A stretch of DNA of 64,000 bases from a bacterium (GTDB taxonomy: Bacteria > Patescibacteriota > Minisyncoccia > Minisyncoccales > JAGGXC01): assembly GCA_021157625.1 (NCBI GenBank), contig JAGGWD010000003.1:10633-74632 (forward strand), written 5' to 3'. Numbering within the stretch: the first letter of the stretch is position 1; each line of letters begins with the position of its first letter. Shown in pieces: positions 39,130 to 48,395 of the stretch. The notes beneath the pieces were generated by a model, which had not been told where the DNA came from, searched no databases, and was given only the letters and a program-made list of their open reading frames with translations. A program made the translations under genes and the position numbers.

Positions 39130-40413
39130 CTAATGAGGTAATGGAACAGGGAGTGACTGATCAGAAGGCATCTTTACGTCGGGTGGCAAATTCATTCCTT
39201 CTGGAAAACCACCAGATTGCATCATCATACCAAAAAAGATCTTCTGTAAAATATTCTGGATTAATTCTTTAACAGTCAAAAACTCATCAGGCGCTTTTAT
39301 CTCCCCAACCTTATTGAAATCAGACAATTCCGTCTTTAGAGAAATTGAAAGCGTACCTTGAAGGAACTGATCCATTTCCTGAATGTCTTTTTGTTCAATC
39401 TTTTCTCCTTTCTTGGCAGAAATCTTCTGAAGATATTCTATCAATGCTTGTTTAAGTTGTTGTAGATCAATCTCCTTGCTAGCTTCTACTCTGTAGAGGT
39501 ATTTATCTTTCTGTCCTATCCACAATTCATATCTTACATCTCCTATATGCTCAAAAATCTTATCTATCAGCAAAGGAAGTTCAATATCCCCCATAACTTC
39601 CTTTACCTGCTCTGGAGAGATTCCTTCCTCCATTAAAGAGGAAGAAGAATACTCAATTATCGTTTCAAAAACCTCAGGTAGCAGACTCTTCAAACCTTCT
39701 TTATTTACTACCAAACGATAATGATAAACTTTTATCTTCCCTATCTTCTCGTCAGGAAGTTCTTTCTCTACATAATAAAGTTTTTTGTCTTTCAGAAGCT
39801 GAGTAAGTTTTTCTTGAAGTTCTTTTTGCTGTGCCTCAGAAAGTCCTCCAAATTCTTGCTTTTGATAAGGAATACCCATTTCTTCATAGAGTTCCTTTAT
39901 ACTCTCCTCATCAATTTTTATCCATTTTCCTTGAATCTCATCCTTTAGAGAATCAAAGATAGAAGAAAATAGACCAATCTCTTCTCCTAGCTCTGGTGTT
40001 TCTGGAATAAGAGAAAGCAGATCAGAGAAAGCAGGCATTGATTTAATTTTCAAATAAACTGTCTCTCCTAGAAGGATGATTTCAGATGAAAATGGATACT
40101 TCTGTCCTTCTAAAGAAATTATAAAATCGATATCGGAATGCTCCTTTATATTTTCTTTCTCTCGCTGATCTATATCAGAGACACTCTTTAGTGTTATATC
40201 CATATTTCTTTCCTTCTCTCTGAGATCTAATGAGAACACACTATGAAAACTATCCAAAGCCTCCATTTTTTCGGTCATCTCTGATATTACTTCTTCTGGT
40301 TCTGGTCTAAATGGGTTCCACATCGGATTCCAGGTTTGGGTAAAAAGAGCACCTACAACTCCTGCTCCAGCAAGAATTATAATTGCAGCAACACCAACAA
40401 ATATCTTCTTCAT
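39130..40413 (-). CDS. Membrane-anchored extracytoplasmic protein, unknown function (acidic, possibly LolA-like fold)
   Basis: N-terminal TM or signal anchor (VGVAAIIILAGAGVVGAL). The body is Glu/Lys-rich. No catalytic motif recognised. Confidence 0.5.
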   Translation of the reverse strand: MKKIFVGVAAIIILAGAGVVGALFTQTWNPMWNPFRPEPEEVISEMTEKMEALDSFHSVFSLDLREKERNMDITLKSVSDIDQREKENIKEHSDIDFIISLEGQKYPFSSEIILLGETVYLKIKSMPAFSDLLSLIPETPELGEEIGLFSSIFDSLKDEIQGKWIKIDEESIKELYEEMGIPYQKQEFGGLSEAQQKELQEKLTQLLKDKKLYYVEKELPDEKIGKIKVYHYRLVVNKEGLKSLLPEVFETIIEYSSSSLMEEGISPEQVKEVMGDIELPLLIDKIFEHIGDVRYELWIGQKDKYLYRVEASKEIDLQQLKQALIEYLQKISAKKGEKIEQKDIQEMDQFLQGTLSISLKTELSDFNKVGEIKAPDEFLTVKELIQNILQKIFFGMMMQSGGFPEGMNLPPDVKMPSDQSLPVPLPH

Positions 40414-40495
40414 TGTTTTTTATCTACCCTTCTATTCCTTACAGAAAAAGAAGAAAGATCAGCAGGAATAAAAGGATAGAGAGATTAATTATCTC

Positions 40496-40533
40496 AAGCG
40501 GAATATAAACATGAACATGAAAATATTCCGCTT
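40496..40533. repeat. 11-bp inverted repeat in the ClpC-like / 427-aa intergenic region
   Basis: AAGCGGAATAT-N16-ATATTCCGCTT. No clear U-tract follows. Confidence 0.4.
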
Positions 40534-40591
40534 CTTTGAAGTTTTCAATTAGGAATCTCGACCTTTATTGAATTTTGCCAAAAGCTACCTT

Positions 40592-43144
40592 TTAGGGATT
40601 TATTATCAGCTTGAATTCTTGCGCATCAATAGCTACTCTATCACCTCTCTTTATCTGACCTCTCAGCAATGCTTCTGCTAAGATATTCTCTACCTTATCC
40701 TGAATCACTCTTCTCATTTCTCGAGCACCAAAAGTAGGGTCATAACCCAGTTCTACAATTTTTTCTTTCAGTTGAGGAGTTATAACAAATTCAATATCTT
40801 TTTTGGCAAGATTTTCTTTTGATTTAGAGAGCAAGAGCTCTGCTATTTTCAAAAGATGATCTTTAGTTAATGGCCTGAAAATCACAACGGCATCAAATCT
40901 GTTGATAAGTTCTGGCCTGAAGATACCTTTCTCAAAAATGAAATCAAGGAGTTTGTCTTTGATTTGAGAAAAAGGAATCTTTTCCTTTATTGCCTCAAGA
41001 ATTATTGTATAGCCTGCATTTGAAGTAGCAATGATAATAGTGTTCTGGAAATTTACTTTCCTGCCAAGACCATCAGTAAGATGACCTTCGTCGAGTACTT
41101 GCAAGAACAAATTTAAAATATTGGGATGCGCTTTCTCAAATTCGTCCAGCAATACCAAAGAAAAAGGATTTTCCTTAACTTGGGTAGTCAAAAGTCCCTC
41201 CTGGCCCGGCGATCCAATAAGACGCTCAATATCGCTAACCGACTGAAATTCGGACATATCTAAGCGAATCATTTTTTCTTCAGAACCAAAATAAATCTCT
41301 GCAAGTGCTTTGGCTGTTTCTGTCTTCCCTACCCCTGTAGGACCAAGGAAAAGAAAAGATCCCATTGGCCCTTTTCTTGTGGTAATTTCTGTTCTTGCTC
41401 TTCTTAATGCATCACTAATTTCCTCAACAGCCTCTTCTTGGTCAATGATTCTCTTATGAATTAACTCCTCCAATTTCAGGAGTTTTTCTCTTTCCTTGGA
41501 TTCAATTTCTCCTACAGGAATTTCTGTTTTATCTGTAAAAACCTTTGCCACATGAGAAGGTAAAACTACTTTTTCCTTAAGAGAAGAGGTATATATCATT
41601 ATCTCATCAAGCATATCAATAGCTTTTTTGGGAAACGGAATATCTTGGATATATTTTGCACAGAAAGAAATGATATCTCGAATTGCTTGATAAGAAACAA
41701 AAACCTTATATTTTTTCTCTAATACCAAAACGATCCTTTCTATAATCTTTAAAGTCTCTTTCTCTGAAAGTTCAGAGACTTCCACTTTCTCAAACAAAGA
41801 AAGAATGGAGGGGTTTTGTTCTATATATTTGTGCAAACCAGCATAAGTGGTAATAGCAATTATCTGAAATTGAGGAAGATGAAGATATTTAGAGATTACC
41901 CCAGAAATATCTATTGTGCCTGCACGTACACCTCCTCTTCCTAAATAGTTATGAAAATCATCAATAACCAGAATCACATTTCCTGCTCGAATTACTTCCT
42001 GAAATATCTTGTCTAAAATAAACTCCGTTTCTTCAATATCTTGAGCTTGAGCAGCAATCCCTGAAATATCCAGTTTCACTACTCTTTTGTAATTTAGCTC
42101 TGGACGCAATTGACCCAGAACACTTTTTTCAGCCAAAGCAAAAACAATAGTATTCCTTCCTGTACCAGGTTCTCCTACAAGCAGAACATTATTAATTTCA
42201 CTACGAGAAAGAATTATCTCCATTTGAGATAATTCTTTTTGGTGTCCTATCATCAAAGGAAACCTCCTCAATTTGGCCATCTCTGATAAATCAACAGAAA
42301 ATTTATCTAAAGTAACAGTATAACCAGCAGCCCAATCCTTTCCTAAACTTCCTCTTTTTATTAAATTCTCCCATTCCCAGAATTTTTTCTCTCGCTCAAT
42401 CTCATCTCTTAAAGATTCGTACCACCAAGTTAAATTTTCTATATCCTCTGGTTTCAGTTTCAATTCAATAAGAAGCTTTTTAAAAACTATATTCTCTCTC
42501 GCAAGAGCGGTTAAAAGATCTCCTGCTTTGACGCGAATATGATTTCTCTCTGAAGCAACACGCAACGCTTCAAAGATTACTCTCTGGAAATCATCCGAAT
42601 AGCGTTCCTCAAATTTTGACCTCTCTAAATTTTTAATATGCTCTTTTAAAGCTTCCTTTATCTCTTTTTGAGAAAGAAGAAGGCGAGAAAAAATAAAATT
42701 CAATTCAGGGTTTTCTCTCAAAAGAAAATAAGCCAGCATCGAAGAAGTTAGTGCTGGAATCTTTTTTGACTTAGCAAATTTTATAGAACGCCAGACAGCT
42801 AGTGCAGATTGATAATCTAAAAAATCGGCTAAATTAAACCGAGTGGGAAAATGAAGCGCTTCATCAAGAGTATATTTTAATTCAGGCTGCTTTAGTTTTA
42901 ACTCAAAGAAAAGATCTTCTATCCACGCACCAATAAAAAATCCAAAAAACAAAAGAAAAAATATCCAATTCAGGTCAATGACATCAGAAGAGAACTTCTT
43001 ACCAAAAACCCCAAAGAAAAATAAAATTCCAGTGATCAAAGATATAACAAGAAATAACTTCTTAAATATCTTAACCCCTTCAAACCACCGTCGCCATTTC
43101 AGCGCAGGATAAATTCCTGATTTTTTTAAATTAAAATTAAACAT
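40592..43144 (-). CDS. Membrane-anchored Clp/Hsp100-type double AAA+ ATPase (ClpC-like)
   Basis: Two N-terminal TM helices (about aa 30-47 and 59-76) and Clp-N-like repeats. The D1 module has GEPGTGRNT and VIDDFH. The D2 module has canonical GPTGVGKTE and LLDEFEKAH. No IGF/LGF ClpP-docking loop was seen. Confidence 0.8.
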   Translation of the reverse strand: MFNFNLKKSGIYPALKWRRWFEGVKIFKKLFLVISLITGILFFFGVFGKKFSSDVIDLNWIFFLLFFGFFIGAWIEDLFFELKLKQPELKYTLDEALHFPTRFNLADFLDYQSALAVWRSIKFAKSKKIPALTSSMLAYFLLRENPELNFIFSRLLLSQKEIKEALKEHIKNLERSKFEERYSDDFQRVIFEALRVASERNHIRVKAGDLLTALARENIVFKKLLIELKLKPEDIENLTWWYESLRDEIEREKKFWEWENLIKRGSLGKDWAAGYTVTLDKFSVDLSEMAKLRRFPLMIGHQKELSQMEIILSRSEINNVLLVGEPGTGRNTIVFALAEKSVLGQLRPELNYKRVVKLDISGIAAQAQDIEETEFILDKIFQEVIRAGNVILVIDDFHNYLGRGGVRAGTIDISGVISKYLHLPQFQIIAITTYAGLHKYIEQNPSILSLFEKVEVSELSEKETLKIIERIVLVLEKKYKVFVSYQAIRDIISFCAKYIQDIPFPKKAIDMLDEIMIYTSSLKEKVVLPSHVAKVFTDKTEIPVGEIESKEREKLLKLEELIHKRIIDQEEAVEEISDALRRARTEITTRKGPMGSFLFLGPTGVGKTETAKALAEIYFGSEEKMIRLDMSEFQSVSDIERLIGSPGQEGLLTTQVKENPFSLVLLDEFEKAHPNILNLFLQVLDEGHLTDGLGRKVNFQNTIIIATSNAGYTIILEAIKEKIPFSQIKDKLLDFIFEKGIFRPELINRFDAVVIFRPLTKDHLLKIAELLLSKSKENLAKKDIEFVITPQLKEKIVELGYDPTFGAREMRRVIQDKVENILAEALLRGQIKRGDRVAIDAQEFKLIINP

Positions 43145-43153
43145 ATTAAGGAA

Positions 43154-43570
43154 TTAACAAGCAGTTAACCAAATACCAAGAGCCATTCCTGCAACTAAAA
43201 CTATCGGCCAGGTAAACCACAAGATTAATCCAATAATTCCCCCTATGAGAATAAGGAATTCGACTCCAATTCCAATAATTATTAAAAAAATTCTCAAGAT
43301 TGCACCAAGACCTCGAGAAATAGCATTGGAAACAAATGCTTCTAAATATCTCCTTAAATCAAAACCGCGGCCATAAGACCAACGGTATCTTTTCCAAGGA
43401 GAGAACAAAGTTTTCAAGAGTAAAGGAATCGAGAAATATTCTAAATTAAATTTAAGAAGATTCTTCCACCCTCTAATAATCCGTTGAGGATGTTCAAAAA
43501 AATACCACTCAATAAATTTATGAAATATAATCTTTCTTTCAGCTGCTTGCTCCATTCTTTCATTTATCAT
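43154..43570 (-). CDS. Small membrane protein, unknown function
   Basis: The internal ATG (MINERMEQ...) avoids a 49-nt overlap with the upstream gene. There are two C-terminal TM helices. Confidence 0.5.
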   Translation of the reverse strand: MINERMEQAAERKIIFHKFIEWYFFEHPQRIIRGWKNLLKFNLEYFSIPLLLKTLFSPWKRYRWSYGRGFDLRRYLEAFVSNAISRGLGAILRIFLIIIGIGVEFLILIGGIIGLILWFTWPIVLVAGMALGIWLTAC

Positions 43571-43593
43571 AACAAAATTTTCAAAAAAGTAAA

Positions 43594-44133
43594 TTAGACT
43601 TGTTTTTCCTTTTTTGGTATAACAACCCTTCCACCTTGCCATTGTCCGCGATAGAGATTCGTTTTTCCAGAAATTTCAAAAAACATAATATGAATTACTC
43701 GTGCGCCTAACTCAAGATCAAAATCTTTATCTCTGAAATTACATATCCCCATTGTAAGCTGCCCTCTGTATCCAGGAGGAACCTGCCCTCCAAAAATATA
43801 AACACCTGATCTAAACAATGTAGAACGAGGAGTAAAGAGTGCCAAAAGGTTAGAAGGAAGATTAACCTTCTCTAGCGTTCTAATTAAATAATATTTGTTT
43901 GGCTTCAAAGAAATTATTTCTCTTTTCTTGGGATCAAAAGAGGCCACCAATTCTACTTTTGGAGTCTTTCTCTCTTCAATCCCCAAAAAACCTTTGCCCT
44001 TTATTTCATAAATCTCCCCTACTCTCAAATCAAAACCTGCACCTTCAGGATTTTTTAATTCTCTCTCTGAAAGATTCTCAACAAGTTTCTTTTCTCTCAC
44101 CAATTGTAATAATTTATCTGTTCCCAAAACCAT
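43594..44133 (-). CDS. Dcd/dUTPase-fold paralog with atypical active-site residues
   Basis: Aligns to the canonical Dcd in this window (RSTLFRSG vs RSSLGRLG) but reads VPPGYRGQLTMGICN where Dcd has FDPGWKGKAIMEIGN. Confidence 0.6.
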   Translation of the reverse strand: MVLGTDKLLQLVREKKLVENLSERELKNPEGAGFDLRVGEIYEIKGKGFLGIEERKTPKVELVASFDPKKREIISLKPNKYYLIRTLEKVNLPSNLLALFTPRSTLFRSGVYIFGGQVPPGYRGQLTMGICNFRDKDFDLELGARVIHIMFFEISGKTNLYRGQWQGGRVVIPKKEKQV

Positions 44134-44965
44134 ATTTCTTTTTTTGAGCTTTAGCTCCTAAATAAACATTTTTTAAAAGCAAAGCCACAGTTAAAGGGCC
44201 AACACCCCCAGGAACAGGAGTCAAAAAAGAAGCTTTGTTATCCAGACTTTTTCTGTCTACATCTCCTACCACCTTACCTTTGACAATTCTTATTCCTGCA
44301 TCGATTAAGGCAACGCCTTTCTTTACCATTTCTCCCTTAATAAAATAAGGTCTACCGCAAGCAGAAATAATTATATCAGCCCTCTTAAGAGGCAAGAAAA
44401 TTTTATTTTTCCCAAGTAAATATTTTATTTTCACTCCCTTTTTATCAAAAAATGTCTTCAAGGTTTTACCAAATATATCAGAATTAACTAAAGCAATAAT
44501 TCTTTTCTCTTTTATCTCAAAAGGCAAAGATTTTATAATAGTAAAAATTGCCGAAGGTAAAACAGGAAAAAAATAAGGTTTATTTTTCTTGAGCATAGTT
44601 CTGTTCTTTTCACAGAAACCATCAACATCCTTTTTGGGATCAATAGAGTTAATAATCTTGGATGTGTTAAGTCCTTGAGGTAAGGGCAACTGCACAATGA
44701 TACCATTTATTGATTGATCATCATTGAGTTTTTTTATTTTTTTGATAATTCTTTCTTCTCCGACATTTTTTCTAAATTCACAAAGGACAATTTTAATACC
44801 TACTTTTTCTGCTGCTTTTTTCTTATTTTTTATATAGAGCAGTGATTCTGGATTTTTTCCAACAAGCACAACAGCAAGAGAGGGAGAAAGTTTTTCTCTC
44901 TTGATTCTCTTTTTTAAATCAATGAGAATCTTCTCTGCTTCTTTTTTACCATCGAAGATTTCCAT
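44114..44965 (-). CDS. folD: Bifunctional methylenetetrahydrofolate dehydrogenase/cyclohydrolase
   Basis: LAVVLVG.NPES..YIKNKKKAAEKVGI, GIIVQLPLP and TPVPGGVGPLTVA. Confidence 0.93.
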   Translation of the reverse strand: MEIFDGKKEAEKILIDLKKRIKREKLSPSLAVVLVGKNPESLLYIKNKKKAAEKVGIKIVLCEFRKNVGEERIIKKIKKLNDDQSINGIIVQLPLPQGLNTSKIINSIDPKKDVDGFCEKNRTMLKKNKPYFFPVLPSAIFTIIKSLPFEIKEKRIIALVNSDIFGKTLKTFFDKKGVKIKYLLGKNKIFLPLKRADIIISACGRPYFIKGEMVKKGVALIDAGIRIVKGKVVGDVDRKSLDNKASFLTPVPGGVGPLTVALLLKNVYLGAKAQKKKYGFGNR

Positions 44966-46211
44966 AAATTGGAAATTTTCTGCAAATCATTTTGACTTTC
45001 TCTTTAATCTTTTGTTTTTTGGATGCTGATTTAATGTTCTTTATCAGCTCACAAACCAAATAAGCTACTTCTTGACAATCTTTTTCTTTTAATCCTCTTG
45101 TAGTAATAGCAGGAGTACCCATTCTAATACCCGATGGATCGAAAGCACTTCTTTTATCAAAAGGAATCATATTTCTGTTCACAAAAATATTGACTTTCTC
45201 TAATTCTTGCTGAATGAAAAGAGAAGAGAGGCCAGTAGGAGAAATATCTATCACAAAGAGATGATTATCTGTTCCATTACTAATCACTCTAAAACCTTGA
45301 TCTTTAAATACCTCAACCATTGCTTTAGAATTTTTAATTATCTGCTTTTGGTATTTCAAAAAACCAGGTTCCATAGCTTCTCTAAAGCAAACTGCCTTCG
45401 CTGCAATTACATGCTCAAGAGGTCCTCCCTGTGTGCCTGGAAAAACGGCACGATCAATTTTTTGGGCTAAATTGCTGCCATCAAGACGATCTCTTTTCTT
45501 GGACAATATCAATCCTCCACGAGGCCCTCTTAATGTTTTATGAGTCGTTGTAGTAACAACATCGGCAAAAGGAAAAGGATGAGGATGAAGTCCAGCAATA
45601 ATAAGACCGGCAATATGAGCAATGTCGGCCATTAAATATGCACCTACTTTATCTGCTATTGCTCTAAATCTTTTAAAATCAAGTTTTCTTGAATAAGAGG
45701 TAGTTGAGGCAATGATGAGTTTAGGTTTGTATCTTAGGGCTTTTTTCTCTACTTCATCAAAATCAATCAATTCAGTTTTTCTATTCACGCCGTAATGAAA
45801 AAATCTATAAAACCTTCCCGAGAAATTAATTTTGGCACCGTGACTCAAATGACCACCAGCCGATAAATCAAGAGCGAGTACTCTATCTCCTGGCTTAAGC
45901 AAAGCAAGATAAACTGCCTCATTTGCTTGTGTGCCAGAATGAGGTTGAACATTGGCGTGTTGAGCCTTAAATATTTTCTTTGCTCGCTCAATTGCTATAC
46001 TCTCAATTTCATCAATAAATTTATTCCCTGAATAATATCTTTTTTGGGGATAGCCTTCAGAATATTTATTACTTAAAGGAGTAGCCATCGCAGAAAGCAC
46101 CTCCAAAGAAGCATAGTTCTCGGAAGGTATCAAAACCAGTCCTTCTTTTTGACGAGCAACTTCTCGTCTTATAAGATTGTATATTTTGGGATCCTTATTT
46201 TTGAGCTTCAT
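44946..46211 (-). CDS. glyA: Serine hydroxymethyltransferase
   Basis: LIPSENY, GYPQKRYY and the TTTTHKTLRGPRGG PLP-lysine motif. Confidence 0.95.
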   Translation of the reverse strand: MKLKNKDPKIYNLIRREVARQKEGLVLIPSENYASLEVLSAMATPLSNKYSEGYPQKRYYSGNKFIDEIESIAIERAKKIFKAQHANVQPHSGTQANEAVYLALLKPGDRVLALDLSAGGHLSHGAKINFSGRFYRFFHYGVNRKTELIDFDEVEKKALRYKPKLIIASTTSYSRKLDFKRFRAIADKVGAYLMADIAHIAGLIIAGLHPHPFPFADVVTTTTHKTLRGPRGGLILSKKRDRLDGSNLAQKIDRAVFPGTQGGPLEHVIAAKAVCFREAMEPGFLKYQKQIIKNSKAMVEVFKDQGFRVISNGTDNHLFVIDISPTGLSSLFIQQELEKVNIFVNRNMIPFDKRSAFDPSGIRMGTPAITTRGLKEKDCQEVAYLVCELIKNIKSASKKQKIKEKVKMICRKFPIYGNLRW

Positions 46212-46214
46212 TGG

Positions 46215-47807
46215 CTATAGAGCTTTTTGAATTTTTTGAAATCTCTCCTCAAGTTCCTTTTTCATTTCTTGATGGAATTTTTCATCGTAGTCTTTCACAA
46301 GTTCTCTTATCTGAGCACAGAAATTCTGCTCAGGACAAAAGCCTATTGTATGACATTTAGGGACAAGAAAAGAAGAAAACCATCCATATCCTTTTGCAGA
46401 AAGAAGAGTTTTTATTGCCTTAACCTCTTTGAGAGTATTTCTTCTCATTTCCTCTTCAGCAGTTTGACAAAGCCGTAAAGGATAATAGCCTGTCAAAAAA
46501 TTATATAAATTATATTCCTGCAACACATCAATTTTTACAGCTCTAGGAATTAAAAAGATTGCGTCTCTGGGAGGTATGTTTTCTTGAATTAATCTATCAT
46601 AACTCTCAAAAGCAAAAAGAGCGACTCTTAGGTATTCTTTTAAAAATTCATTATTATTTTTAATCAAAGGAGGGATCGAGAAAACTTTTTCAATTTCGGT
46701 GATTAATTTTTTGTTCAATGTGCCTTTCTGTATTTTGGTTTTGAACTTTGAAAATTTCTCTCCTGCTCTTTGAATACAATAATAAATCGATTCAACAACC
46801 TGAGGACAAGTTCTATGTCTCTTTTTCTCACCCCAGACACGCCACGCAACAGAAGAGAGAATTTTTATATCAATAGCAGAATTATAGTCTCTTATAATGC
46901 GACGTCTCCACAAGAGCAATTCATACCATTTTTTCTTTATTTCTTTCTTATTTCTGGCAATTTTTCTAATTGCTTTATCAAGATTAAGGATTTCTTTTTT
47001 AAACTCTTTATTAAAAGAAACATTGAAAGAAACAATTTTAAATCCCCTCTTGAGATCGGGTTTTAGTGCACGTACCAAATTAGAATTCTTGGGATTTTTA
47101 AAGATATTGGGATAAAAATAGGTATTCCGTGGAGCTATCAAACGAGTGCTGTAGAGCAAATCTACTCCTAACTTCTTTAAAGCGCCTTCTATTTCCTTTA
47201 TCAAAATACCAACCTCTCTGGGCATCCATTCTTTTTCTATCTCATATTCTCTTTTCAAAGAAATAAAAGATTCAAGCGGAAGTTGAACAATTCCTGTTCC
47301 ATAAATTCCATATTGAAGAATTTTGGAAGAAACATCTTTTCCAATACCTTTCTGGCACAAAAGTTGGTAAAAACTAATCGTTTTTTGAGCACAAGATTTA
47401 TAAATATAAAAAGCCTTCTTTTTTTTAAGGATATTTTTAGGATAAACTATGTCTTTGAAAGTGGTATCTGTTCTTCTTCCTGAACTTACCAGAAAGGAAC
47501 CAAAATACATACCTGTAAGAACAGAATCAAGAAACTTACTCCCCTCGTATACAAAGCAAATCACCGGAGTAGTAGACAAAGAGGCGTGACCGCGCAAAGA
47601 GGAATTTCTTAAAATTCTTTTTATTTTTTGCTCTACCCTCTCTCCTTTCTTTAAACTTTCCTTTATTAACTTCTGAACTGACTTTCCTTTAAAAGTAAGT
47701 AAAGCAGAGAAAGCAACAATCTCTTGAGGACTAAAAAAACCTATTTTCTTTTTCAAAATAGGTAGAATCCCTAAGAATTTTATTTTTAAATTATCTGTAG
47801 TAATCAT
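46215..47807 (-). CDS. ThyX-like (Thy1 fold) protein, internally duplicated, 530 aa
   Basis: The C-half carries RHR (aa 330-332, nt 46812-46820) plus R..LP and N..L.NF...R....A.EE patterns like ThyX. The N-half aligns to the same fold (RGHASL..., SSGRR) but has GMY in place of RHR. Confidence 0.5.
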   Translation of the reverse strand: MITTDNLKIKFLGILPILKKKIGFFSPQEIVAFSALLTFKGKSVQKLIKESLKKGERVEQKIKRILRNSSLRGHASLSTTPVICFVYEGSKFLDSVLTGMYFGSFLVSSGRRTDTTFKDIVYPKNILKKKKAFYIYKSCAQKTISFYQLLCQKGIGKDVSSKILQYGIYGTGIVQLPLESFISLKREYEIEKEWMPREVGILIKEIEGALKKLGVDLLYSTRLIAPRNTYFYPNIFKNPKNSNLVRALKPDLKRGFKIVSFNVSFNKEFKKEILNLDKAIRKIARNKKEIKKKWYELLLWRRRIIRDYNSAIDIKILSSVAWRVWGEKKRHRTCPQVVESIYYCIQRAGEKFSKFKTKIQKGTLNKKLITEIEKVFSIPPLIKNNNEFLKEYLRVALFAFESYDRLIQENIPPRDAIFLIPRAVKIDVLQEYNLYNFLTGYYPLRLCQTAEEEMRRNTLKEVKAIKTLLSAKGYGWFSSFLVPKCHTIGFCPEQNFCAQIRELVKDYDEKFHQEMKKELEERFQKIQKAL

Positions 47808-47815
47808 AGAAAGTA

Positions 47816-48391
47816 TTAATATAGCTCTTCATTTATTCGACTTGCCCGGGCAGTCCTTTGACCCGCATATTTATGATCTCTTTGTTGCAAATAAGGAACC
47901 TCAGCAGGAGAAGATAGAGTTTCAAATGTCATCGCACAGATTCTTATACCTGGATATAAGGCAATAGGAATAACTCCCAAATTACCTATTTCCATTATCG
48001 CTTTTCCTTTCCAACCAGGATCAAATCGTGCTGCTGTAGAATGTACTACCAATCCAAGCCGTCCCAAAGAACTTCGGCCATCTAAACGGCCCATAATATC
48101 AGGAGGAAGAATAATTTCTTCTTCAGTCACTGCTATCACAAAATCACGAGGACGCAAAATTAAAGGTTTTCTGCGAGATATTTTTATAACTCTCATCATC
48201 CTCTCTATAGGAGTTTTGCAGTTCTTCAAATCAATAAAGGGATGTTCGGTGTATTTAAACACTTTAAAAACATTACCAAGATGAAGATCTAAAGAACAAG
48301 GTCCCAGTTGTTTCTTGAAATTGGGCTTGGGAATAATTTTTATCCTTCCTTCTCTTATATATTTTTTGATGTCTCGATCTGAGAGAATCAT
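47816..48391 (-). CDS. dcd: dCTP deaminase
   Basis: MILSDRDI start, GRSSLGRLG and FDPGWKGKAIMEIGN with the catalytic Glu present. The ATG at 48391 is preferred. Confidence 0.9.
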   Translation of the reverse strand: MILSDRDIKKYIREGRIKIIPKPNFKKQLGPCSLDLHLGNVFKVFKYTEHPFIDLKNCKTPIERMMRVIKISRRKPLILRPRDFVIAVTEEEIILPPDIMGRLDGRSSLGRLGLVVHSTAARFDPGWKGKAIMEIGNLGVIPIALYPGIRICAMTFETLSSPAEVPYLQQRDHKYAGQRTARASRINEELY

Positions 48392-48395
48392 AAAT

